Positions 16,981-24,853 of a stretch of DNA of 64,000 bases are shown here, piece by piece. The position numbers and the translations under genes are program-made. The notes under the pieces are model-generated. The model made no database searches, was not told the DNA's origin, and saw only the letters and a list, made by a program, of their open reading frames with translations. This DNA is from an uncultured Alphaproteobacteria bacterium (lineage in GTDB: Bacteria > Pseudomonadota > Alphaproteobacteria > Rhodobacterales > Rhodobacteraceae): the NCBI GenBank assembly GCA_963789535.1, contig CAWBKU010000002.1, positions 9,046 through 73,045 on the forward strand, given 5' to 3'. How positions within the stretch are numbered: position 1 is the stretch's first letter; each line of letters begins with the position of its first letter.

Positions 16981-17357
16981 CCCGACAGACCCCGGATCAG
17001 CCGGGCCAGCGCCTCGGGGTCGTAAGTCCCGACGATCCGCAGCCGATGGCCGCCCGCGACGTCGATCTCGATCGTGCCAGGCGCAGGCGTCGGATCGGAC
17101 ACTGACGCCAGATCTTCGCTTTGTGGCTGATTGACGATCTGAACCGGCAGGAAGCCATGCGGCTCGACCGCGGGCTCGTCGGCTACAGTGCCGACAGCGG
17201 CAAATCGTGCATCGCGCAGCCACGTGAAAACCAAGTTCGCATTGACGTCGTAGCGCCGCGCGACCTGGCTGACCGACACGCCCGCCACCCGCGTCTGCTC
17301 GCAGATCGCCCGCTTCTCGTCGTCGCTCCAGATCCTGCGCTTGCGCCGCTTCGACAC
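16977..17357 (-). CDS. tnpA: IS66 Orf1 (transposase TnpA, HTH)
   Basis: 126 aa, RR.WSDDEKR.I..Q....G.SVS.VARRY.VNANL.F.W. Confidence 0.9.
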   Translation of the reverse strand: MSKRRKRRIWSDDEKRAICEQTRVAGVSVSQVARRYDVNANLVFTWLRDARFAAVGTVADEPAVEPHGFLPVQIVNQPQSEDLASVSDPTPAPGTIEIDVAGGHRLRIVGTYDPEALARLIRGLSG

Positions 17358-17519
17358 CCTACGACCCCGATAATGTCCACTATCCCTTAGTGGACACTAT
17401 CGACGGGCAGACGCCGCCGTCAGAGCAGCGAGCCCGGACAGTTACTCTACAGCGGCCTCCTCGGAATCCGGATGATCGAAAGGCTTTGCAGACAGGCAAT
17501 TTCCGGGACCGTTTCTGAA

Positions 17520-17765
17520 GAGGCGCTGGATCACCGCGGTTTTGACCCGTTGGCCGATCCCGGTATACCGTATTGGATGAGCCGATCCGGGAACGTCAGG
17601 GACAACGCGGCGATGGGGAGCGTCTTTTTGTCCAAAGACCGACTGCACGCCCGGCGAGGCCCGCGCGGATGTGTTCGCCTCCGTCGAGCGGATCGACACT
17701 CCGGTCCGGCGGCACGCGACCATCGGATATCCCGCCGCAATGCCAGTCGGTGCGGGCAGCGCGAA
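17520..17765 (+). pseudogene. remnant of an IS3-family transposase (OrfB C-terminus), frameshifted
   Basis: MSRSGNVRDNAAMGSVF (frame of 17472..) corresponds to MSR.GN.WDNA.MESFF. EARADVFASVERIDTPVRRHATIGY (frame of 17671..) corresponds to EA...+F.YIE.FYN..RRHS.LGY. The two pieces are in different frames. Confidence 0.55.
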
Positions 17766-18370
17766 AGCTCGAATTGCCGCCGACGAGACCGGCAGCGGGC
17801 CGAATATCCGGTCCGCAGAAGCAACGGCCAACGACGGCGCGGCGCGGGAGGCCGAACCGGCTGACCAGCGTTACCTTGGCGGCGGCTACCGGGCAGGGTT
17901 CGGCGCGGAAGATGCCGGCCGATCCCGCTCCGGACCCCGAAGGGATATCCCGCCCCGGCGTCGACCCCGTTCCGGGAACGGGCCCCTGCGTTCTCATCCC
18001 GCATGGTCCGGTCATGGCCGCTCCATGCCATTGGGTCACCACGATCGACCCGTCGGACGTGGCGCGCCGGGATCGCCGCCGTCGACGGATTGCAATACGC
18101 ATTGGTCGCATGGTTCAGCAAGGATGAGGTGTGCGGTGGCCGCCTTGGCGGAACCGACGGCGGCCCGCCGCGCGGGGATGTCGCCGCCGCCGCGGTCATC
18201 GTCGACGGTTTTGGCGATGCCGCGGACCTGAGTGTCGGGGCGGCCCGGATGCCCTCGGGCGCGCTGATCGTCCCGTTCGATGGCGCCTTTTTGGAACCAG
18301 ATCGCGGTGAGGGGGGTTCATCCTGCCTACACCAAGTAGGGGGATGCGTCCCAGAAAAGGATCATGTGCC

Positions 18371-18831
18371 ATGGCAGAGAACGAACGAGACCACGCAGGC
18401 GGCGGAATGGGATACGGCCCGTTCGGGGCGATGATCATCGCCTCGACGGTCATGATATTCGGGCCGGTGTACTTGGATATATACGCGCCGGATCACCTCC
18501 CCTTCTCGCAGACGGGCATTGCGCTCTATACCGGCGGGGCCATGGCGATCATCACGCTGGCGCTCATTCAGGGCATGTATACGAACCGGAAGGTGGACAG
18601 GGTGGTCGTCTCCGGCACGGCGTCGCGGTCGCAGGGCGAGCCGGACTTGGCCGTTCAGCGGTCACGATCGGCGACGTCGCGGGAATGACGGCAATGTTCC
18701 GCACGATCCGATCGCGATCCCGACCCGTGAACCGGACAGTATTTCCGATCTGCGCGTGCGGATGCTGGCCGATGCGATCATCGCCGCACGGGGCCGCACG
18801 GGAGGCCGCGATCGCCGGGATGATGACCTAG
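18371..18831 (+). pseudogene. DUF305-type membrane protein gene disrupted by at least three frameshifts
   Basis: The N-terminal TM region up to MYTNRKV is in frame 2. LGRSAVTIGDVAGMTAM is in frame 1. VPHDPIAIPTRE..ISDLRVRMLADAIIAA is in frame 0. The AAREAAIAGMM-stop tail is back in frame 1. Concatenated, these follow the DUF305 order (..TIGD..M..MIPHHSIAI.TS...I.D.RVR.LAD.II.AQ..EI..M). Confidence 0.6.
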
Positions 18832-18910
18832 TCATCGGCAGCGAAGTGGACGGCGACGTCCCGGCGGGCACCCCCCGCACCGAAAGATACCGACGAAGGG
18901 AGACCATACC

Positions 18911-19726
18911 ATGACCGCAACCGACATCATCGACGGCCCGGACGCCGCCCGCGCCAAGAGCCAGGGCACCGCGAAGGTCGCCTCTCTCTACCGCATGGCG
19001 ATGCCGGGGCACCTGTGCCCGTTCGGATTGAAGTCCAAGTCGCTTCTGGAACGCAAGGGCTACGAGGTGAACGACAACCTGTTGACCACGCGCGAAGAGG
19101 TCGATGCCTTCAAGGCCGCCCATGAGGTGAAGACGACCCCCATCGCGTTCATCGACGGCACCAAGATCGGCGGCTACACCGACCTCAAGAAACACTTCGG
19201 CTATCGTGTTCTGGGAGAGGACGACACGACCTACAGGCCGATCGTCGCGATCTTCGGCTCGACCGCCCTGATGGCTCTCGCCCTTACGCTCAACCTCTAC
19301 GACGGTCTGTCGGCTGTCGCCTTCCTGATGTGGTTCTTTGCCATGTCCATGGTCGTCCTCGCGATCCAGAAGTTGCAGGACGTCGGGGGCTTCGTGAACG
19401 GGTTCCTCGGCTACGACCTGCTGGCACGGCGCTATGTGCCCTACGGCTATGCCTATCCGTTCCTCGAACTCTACGCCGGCGTGGGCATGATGGCGTTGAT
19501 CGGCACCGTCTCCGCGCTTATCTGGCTGGTTGCTCCGGTCGGCATCCTCATCGGCACCATCGGCGCGGTCAGCGTGATCAAGGCGGTCTATATCGAAAAG
19601 CGCGACCTGAAATGCGCCTGTGTCGGCGGCGGGTCGAACGTGCCGCTGGGGGCGATCTCGCTGTCGGAGAACCTGATCATGGCGGGAATGGGGGTCTGGA
19701 TGCTCGGGATGTGGTTTGCGGGCTGA
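18911..19726 (+). CDS. glutaredoxin-like domain fused to a MauE/DoxX-type membrane domain
   Basis: 271 aa. The N-terminus has CPFGLKSK.LL...GY........TREEVDAFK......TTP..FIDG..IGGY.DL, followed by about five TM helices ending in the C.C.GG motif typical of MauE. Confidence 0.75.
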   Translation: MTATDIIDGPDAARAKSQGTAKVASLYRMAMPGHLCPFGLKSKSLLERKGYEVNDNLLTTREEVDAFKAAHEVKTTPIAFIDGTKIGGYTDLKKHFGYRVLGEDDTTYRPIVAIFGSTALMALALTLNLYDGLSAVAFLMWFFAMSMVVLAIQKLQDVGGFVNGFLGYDLLARRYVPYGYAYPFLELYAGVGMMALIGTVSALIWLVAPVGILIGTIGAVSVIKAVYIEKRDLKCACVGGGSNVPLGAISLSENLIMAGMGVWMLGMWFAG

Positions 19727-20130
19727 TCCTCCGGGGCGAGGTCCATCGCGGATGCTCGACGCCATGATCCTCACCCGTCGGCAGTTCTTGCGAAGACCTG
19801 ACCCGTCTCTCCCGGAGCGGCGCCGGTGCCGGGGGGTGGCTTTGCACGGGCGTCCGACGGGCCGTCCGTCCGAGGCGCGGCCTTGCCCGATGGGCATCGC
19901 CGCCGGACGCGCCGTGTTTCCCGCATCCATCCCTTTTACCCGTCTTGGTCCGACGACAATCCTGCCGTCGGTTTCGGGCCGTCCGGCGCCGAACCGCACA
20001 GCGCGGCATCGGGCCGGTTCCCGACCCGCCGTGACAGGGTGCCCGCATCTGCCGGCCGATGCGGCGCGCTCCTGAAACAGGCGCATCCCCTGCCTTGAAA
20101 ACCATGCGTCCGCCGCCGGACCCAGCGCCA

Positions 20131-20176
20131 CGAATTGCCTCGGGGAATTCGACGTCGAAATCTGTCGCGGATTTCG
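20131..20176. repeat. double stem-loop intergenic element, copy A
   Basis: cgaatt-gcctcgggg-aattcg, then a, then cgtcgaaatc-tgtcgcg-gatttcg. Shares the 15-mer tcgacgtcgaaatct with copy C at 54786-54800. Confidence 0.6.
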
Positions 20177-20251
20177 TTTCGCCGGACGTGCTTCGTTCGC
20201 CTTCGGCTGGACAGCGCGCCCCCGGATCGCTAACCCGGCCCGAGAAGTGTC

Positions 20252-20267
20252 ACGTTAGCGCTAACGT
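20252..20267. promoter_or_regulatory. perfect 16-bp palindrome ACGTTAGCGCTAACGT upstream of zwf (candidate operator)
   Basis: Ends 21 nt before the zwf ATG (20289). An extra half-site cgctaac is at 20228-20234. Confidence 0.4.
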
Positions 20268-20288
20268 CCAAACCTCCAGGAGGGCCCG

Positions 20289-21743
20289 ATGGTCTCCCGC
20301 GTCATTCCCGTCGACCCGTTCGATCTGGTGATCTTCGGCGGCACCGGCGATCTGGCCCGCCGCAAGATCCTGCCCGGCCTCTTTCGCCGGTTCCGCACGG
20401 GCCAGATGCCCGCCGAGGCGCGCATCGTCGGCGCCGCCCGGTCCGACCTCGACGATGCCGGCTATCGCAAGATGATCCGCGCGGCCATCGCCGAGTTCGG
20501 GGCAGAGGAGGCCAAGGACAAGAAGGGGATCGAGGCCTTCCTCGAGCGGCTCCACTATATCGCGATCGACGCCACCGGCGACGCGGGGTGGAAAGAGCTT
20601 GCCGCGCTGGTGCGTGACGACGTCGTCAAGGCGTTCTATTTCTCGGTCGCCCCGTCGCTGTTCGGTGCGCTGGCCGAGCGTCTGTACAAGCACAAGATCG
20701 CCGACCGCAAGGCGCGGATCGTGGTGGAAAAGCCGTTCGGCCGCGACCTCGGATCGGCACAGGAGCTGAACACCACATTGGCCAGGCATTTCCGCGAGAG
20801 CCAGATCTACCGGATCGACCATTATCTGGGCAAGGAAACGGTGCAGAACCTGATGGCCGTCCGCTTCGGCAACGTCCTGTTCGAGCCGCTGTGGAACAAT
20901 CACTATGTCGACCACATCCAGATCACCGTCGCCGAGACCGTCGGCGTCGGCGGGCGCGGCAGCTACTATGACAAGTCCGGCGCGATGCGCGACATGGTGC
21001 AGAACCACCTCATGCAGCTCCTCTGCCTGATCGCGATGGAGCCGCCGGGGCAGTTCGAGGCCAATGCGGTACGCGACGAGAAACTCAAGGTGATCCGCGC
21101 CTTGCAGCCGGTGGCGCCGCACCACATCGTGCGCGGTCAATATGGCGCCGAGGGCAAGAACAAGGGCTATCGCGACGACGCCGAGAACCCGAAGAGTTTC
21201 ACCGAGAGCTTCATCGCCCTGCGGTGCGAGATCGCCAACTGGCGGTGGGCAGGCGTGCCGTTCTATCTGCGCACCGGCAAGAAGCTGAAGGGGCGGTCGA
21301 GCGAAATCGCGGTGGTGTTCAAGGATCTGGGCCACACGATCTTCGAGGGCGACGAGGCGCGTCACCGCAACATCCTCGCCATCCGGTTGCAGCCGAACGA
21401 GGGTATGGACCTTCAGGTCACGATCAAGGAGCCGGGACCGGGGGGGATGCGGCTCGTCGATGTGCCGCTCGACATGACCTTTGCGGACGCGCTGGGGGAC
21501 GAGGCCGGGGACGTGACGGACGCCTACGAGCGTCTTATCATGGACGTGATCCGCGGCAACCAGACGCTGTTCATGCGCGGCGACGAGGTCGAGGCGGCCT
21601 GGGCCTGGACCGATCCGCTCATCGCCGGCTGGGAGGCGCGGCACGACGTGCCCAAGGTCTACGACGCGGGCTCGAGCGGTCCCGAGGATGCGCTGGCGCT
21701 GATGCACCGCGACGGGCGCAAATGGCGCGAGATCAAGAACTAG
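20289..21743 (+). CDS. zwf: glucose-6-phosphate 1-dehydrogenase
   Basis: 484 aa with FGGTGDLARRK, RIDHYLGKE and the EKPFG motif. Confidence 0.96.
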   Translation: MVSRVIPVDPFDLVIFGGTGDLARRKILPGLFRRFRTGQMPAEARIVGAARSDLDDAGYRKMIRAAIAEFGAEEAKDKKGIEAFLERLHYIAIDATGDAGWKELAALVRDDVVKAFYFSVAPSLFGALAERLYKHKIADRKARIVVEKPFGRDLGSAQELNTTLARHFRESQIYRIDHYLGKETVQNLMAVRFGNVLFEPLWNNHYVDHIQITVAETVGVGGRGSYYDKSGAMRDMVQNHLMQLLCLIAMEPPGQFEANAVRDEKLKVIRALQPVAPHHIVRGQYGAEGKNKGYRDDAENPKSFTESFIALRCEIANWRWAGVPFYLRTGKKLKGRSSEIAVVFKDLGHTIFEGDEARHRNILAIRLQPNEGMDLQVTIKEPGPGGMRLVDVPLDMTFADALGDEAGDVTDAYERLIMDVIRGNQTLFMRGDEVEAAWAWTDPLIAGWEARHDVPKVYDAGSSGPEDALALMHRDGRKWREIKN

Positions 21744-21848
21744 GGCGGGGCACTTCGCCGGCGCAGGTTGACAGCGTGGGTCGGGTGGCGTGGAGTCGCG
21801 CGTGACCCGATGCCCCGGGAACATGCGCCGCGGCGCGCGAGGATGACT

Positions 21849-22517
21849 ATGGAACTTATCGAATATCCCGACGCCGAGATGATGATGATGCAACTCGCCA
21901 CCAAGCTGGCGGGCGCGTTGCGCCAGGCGCTGACGAACCACGACACCGTCAGTTTCGCGGTGCCCGGCGGCACCACGCCGGGGCCGGCGTTCGACAGCCT
22001 GTGCGCCGCCGACCTCGACTGGTCCCGTGTTCACATCCTGCTGACGGACGAGCGCTGGGTGCCCGAAGACGATCCGCGTTCCAACACCCGCCTGCTGCGC
22101 GAACGCCTGCTGGTCGACCGGGCGGCGGCCGCGAGGCTGGTGCCGTTCTATGCGGCCGGCACGCCCGAAGAGGCGCTGCCCGCCCTGCGCGAGGCGCTGG
22201 CGGCGGAATTGCCGCTGTCGCTCTGCCTGCTCGGGATGGGGACGGACATGCACACGGCGTCGATCTTTCCGGGCGCCGATAACCTCGACGCGGCGCTGCA
22301 TGGCGAGGACACCCTCGTCGCGATGCGCGCGCCGGGCGCACCCGAGGCGCGGATCACGCTCTCGGCGCCGGTGCTGAACGATGCGATGAGCCGCCACATC
22401 CTCATCGTCGGCGAGGCCAAGCGAGCAGCGCTCGAACGCGCGCGGGGTCTGCCGACCGAGGAGGCACCGGTAGCGGCGATCCTCAAGGGCGCGACCGTGC
22501 ACTGGGCAAAGGAATGA
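21849..22517 (+). CDS. pgl: 6-phosphogluconolactonase (start 21843 or 21849)
   Basis: Contains FAVPGGTTP and LLTDERWVP motifs. GAGGA lies upstream of the ATG. The stop overlaps the pgi ATG (ATGA). Confidence 0.9.
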   Translation: MELIEYPDAEMMMMQLATKLAGALRQALTNHDTVSFAVPGGTTPGPAFDSLCAADLDWSRVHILLTDERWVPEDDPRSNTRLLRERLLVDRAAAARLVPFYAAGTPEEALPALREALAAELPLSLCLLGMGTDMHTASIFPGADNLDAALHGEDTLVAMRAPGAPEARITLSAPVLNDAMSRHILIVGEAKRAALERARGLPTEEAPVAAILKGATVHWAKE

Positions 22518-24119
22518 GCGACATGTGGGACGACCTGCGCGCCCATGCGGCGCGGTTCGCCGACCGCCGGATCGAGGCGCTGATCGAGACGCGGCCCGGT
22601 TTCGTGCTCGACGTGGGCGACATGCGCCTCGACTATGCCAAGACCAACATCGACGAGACGGCCCTGGGGCTTGTTGATCGGCCTGCTGGACGAGACGGAC
22701 GTGGCCGAGCGGCGCGAGGCGATGTTCCGCGGCGAGGCGATCAACGAAACCGAGGGGCGCGCCGTCCTGCACACGGCCCTGCGCAACCTCGACGGCGATC
22801 CGGTGATCGTCGACGGCATCGACGTAATCCCCGGTGTGCGCGCCACGCTGGATGCGATGGAGGTCTTTGCCGAGGCGGTGCGGGGGGGCGGCTTTGCCGG
22901 GCAGGGCGGGGCGATCACCGACGTTGTGAACATCGGCATCGGCGGCTCGGACCTCGGTCCCGCGATGGCGGTGCGGGCGCTGGCGCCCTATCACGATGGT
23001 CCGCGCTGTCATTTCGTGTCGAACGTCGACCCGGCCGACATCGCGGCGGTGCTGCGCACCTGCGATCCGGCGACGACGCTGGTGATCGTGGCGTCAAAGA
23101 CCTTTACCACCATCGAGACGATGACCAACGCCCGCACGGCCCGCGCCTGGATGGGCGAGGCGGTGGCTGACCCCGGCGCGCAGTTCGCGGCGCTGTCGAC
23201 GGCGGCGGAGAAGACCGCCGATTTCGGCATCGATGCGTCCCGCGTCTTCGGATTCGAGGATTGGGTCGGCGGGCGCTATTCGATGTGGGGGCCGATCGGC
23301 CTCTCGCTCATGATCGCCATCGGTGGCCCGGCGTTCCGCGCCTTTCTGCGCGGCGCGCAGGCGATGGACGTGCATTTCCGCGCCGCCCCCTGGCGCGAGA
23401 ACATGCCCGCCCTGCTGGCCCTGACCGGCATCTGGCACAATCAGGTCTGCGGCTACGCCACGCGCGCGGTGCTGCCCTATGACGAGCTGCTGGGACGGCT
23501 GCCCGCCTATCTCCAGCAACTCGAGATGGAGAGCAACGGCAAGGGCGTGTCGATGGACGGCGCCGCCCTGAGCGTCGACAGCGGCCCCGTCGTCTGGGGT
23601 GAGCCGGGCACCAACGGGCAGCATGCGTTCTACCAGTTGATCCATCAGGGCACCCGCGTCGTGCCCTGCGAATTCCTCGTCGCCGCCCGCGGCCACGAAG
23701 AGGCGCTGCACCATCAGCACCAGTTGCTCGTCGCCAATTGCCTGGCGCAGAGCGAGGCGCTGATGAAAGGGCGCAGCCTCGACGCGGCGCGGGAAATCAT
23801 GGCCGCAAAGGGCCTGACGGGGGCCGAACTCGACCGGCAGGCCGCGCACCGTGTCTTTCCGGGCAACCGGCCCTCCGTGACGCTCGCCTATCCGCTGCTC
23901 GACCCGTTCCGGCTGGGACAGATCGTGGCGCTCTATGAACATCGCGTGTTCGTCGAGGGGATCGTGCTGGGGATCAACTCCTACGACCAGTGGGGGGTGG
24001 AACTGGGCAAGGAGCTTGCGACCGCGCTGCAACCGGTGGTCGAAGGGTCCGAGAGTCCGGACGGCAAGGATGCCTCGACGGCGGGCCTCGTCGGGTTCCT
24101 GCGGGCGCACGGGGTCTGA
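22514..24119 (+). CDS. pgi: glucose-6-phosphate isomerase, apparent +1 frameshift at about 22661-22670 as given
   Basis: The N-terminal 50 codons (..[15 protein letters not shown]) are in the frame of ORF 22514..23170. The rest ([56 protein letters not shown]..) is in the frame of ORF 22635..24119. Removing one G from the run ctggggc restores ALGLLIGLL. Confidence 0.88.
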
Positions 24120-24144
24120 CCGGGCGCTGCGCCGACGCCGGAAC

Positions 24145-24190
24145 CAAACTCTTTCAAAGAGTTTGACGCCGAAGTTTTGGAAAAACTTCG
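24145..24190. repeat. double stem-loop intergenic element, copy B (between pgi and tRNA-Gly)
   Basis: Consists of caaactcttt-c-aaagagtttg, then acgc, then cgaagtttt-gga-aaaacttcg. Confidence 0.6.
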
Positions 24191-24217
24191 CGCCCGGCAT
24201 CCGATGACGGGGGAGTC

Positions 24218-24291
24218 TGGAGCGGGTAACGGGAATTGAACCCGTAACTAAAGCTTGGGAAGCTGCCGTGATACCTTTTCACCATACCCGC
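24218..24291 (-). tRNA. tRNA-Gly (CCC)
   Basis: Reverse complement is GCGGGTA TG GTGA AAAGGTA TCAC G GCAGC TTCCCAA GCTTT AGTT ACGGG TTCAATT CCCGT TACCCGC T CCA. The acceptor and T stems pair perfectly, the discriminator is U, and there is one C-U mismatch in the anticodon stem. Confidence 0.8.
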
Positions 24292-24335
24292 GCCCGGGGA
24301 CGGATACGCAGAGCTGCCGCCATCGTCAATGGGGT

Positions 24336-24851
24336 TCATCCTTCCCAGACGTTTCGATCGAGGCGATAGCACCGCCACGTCCCCGGCATACCGCCGACCG
24401 TCTTGCGCGTCTCCTCGACGAATGCCGCACCGAGCTTTGCAATCGCCTTCTGCGAGCGGATGTTGTCCGGCGAGATATGAAACCAGACCGTATCGTGGTC
24501 GCCGACCGCATGGGTGAGCATCGCCCGCTTCATGTCGCGGTTCGTCGGACCGCCCCAGCAATCGCGGCGCAGGAAGGTAAATCCGATGGCGATACCGGCT
24601 GCATCCTCGGGCGGGGTGTAGAATCGCGAGCATCCGATGATCTCGTCGTCGCGTTCGACCACGAGGGTCTCGCCCGATGCGAGCAACATGTCGAAATAGC
24701 GGTCGAACACGGGCTTTTGCCAGCGGTCGTGCGCCGGGTGGCCGGCCCATGTTTCGGGGTCGGCGGCTGCCGTGAACAGTCCCGCGCGGTCGCCTTGCGT
24801 AACCGGCCGGAGGGTGAAGGTGGCGCCGCCGAGGATCGGTTGCCGGTCCAT
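24336..24851 (-). CDS. GNAT family N-acetyltransferase
   Basis: 171 aa from MDRQPILGG, lying within the longer ORF 24336..25829. Has a GNAT-like core (IIGCSRFY, RRDCWGG..NR.MKR.ML.HA). Confidence 0.8.
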   Translation of the reverse strand: MDRQPILGGATFTLRPVTQGDRAGLFTAAADPETWAGHPAHDRWQKPVFDRYFDMLLASGETLVVERDDEIIGCSRFYTPPEDAAGIAIGFTFLRRDCWGGPTNRDMKRAMLTHAVGDHDTVWFHISPDNIRSQKAIAKLGAAFVEETRKTVGGMPGTWRCYRLDRNVWEG

Positions 24852-24853
24852 CG

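Larger units (their letters stand above)
15052..17445 (-). mobile_element. IS66-family insertion sequence, apparently intact (2394 bp)
   Basis: Terminal inverted repeats GTAACCGTCCGGGCTGACTGCTC (15052-15074) and the reverse complement of 17423-17445 (GTAACTGTCCGGGCTCGCTGCTC) match at 20 of 23 nt. The flanking 8-bp target duplication is tttacagc (15044-15051) / tctacagc (17446-17453). The three-gene tnpA-tnpB-tnpC set is present. Confidence 0.9.

Noticed and set aside
17766-18340. Several overlapping 140-220-aa ORFs on both strands between the IS3 remnant and the DUF305 pseudogene
   Set aside because: All are Arg/Pro/Gly-rich with no motifs. They are mutually overlapping in all frames, so no frame stands out. 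Treated as non-coding or decayed DNA.
19752-20075. Twin-arginine-like start MILTRRQFLRR suggesting a Tat-secreted protein
   Set aside because: No hydrophobic h-region or signal-peptidase site follows (RRPDPSLPERRRCRG). The rest of the ORF is low-complexity. At best it is a dead gene fragment at the island edge.
20100-20130. Possible third, degenerate copy of the tRNA-Phe att core (tccgccgccggacccagcg) marking the outer edge of the older island
   Set aside because: Only scattered identities to attccgcccctgggca. Indistinguishable from chance in GC-rich DNA without a proper alignment statistic.
21877-21888. (ATG)4 trinucleotide run near the pgl 5' end
   Set aside because: It simply encodes MMMM inside the N-terminal region of Pgl. 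It is too short to call a microsatellite or a phase-variation tract.
20250-23012. Very long antisense or out-of-frame ORFs: 153..1136-, 1541..2965-, 20250..23012-, 24965..28216+, 26040..29354-, 30248..32881-, 39784..42543-, 45101..47791-, 51344..53524-, 54850..57657+ (upstream part), 36580..38367-
   Set aside because: They lie opposite or out of frame to genes with clear family motifs. They are extremely Arg/Pro/Gly/Ala-rich and are the expected stop-codon-poor shadow frames of DNA with about 67% GC.
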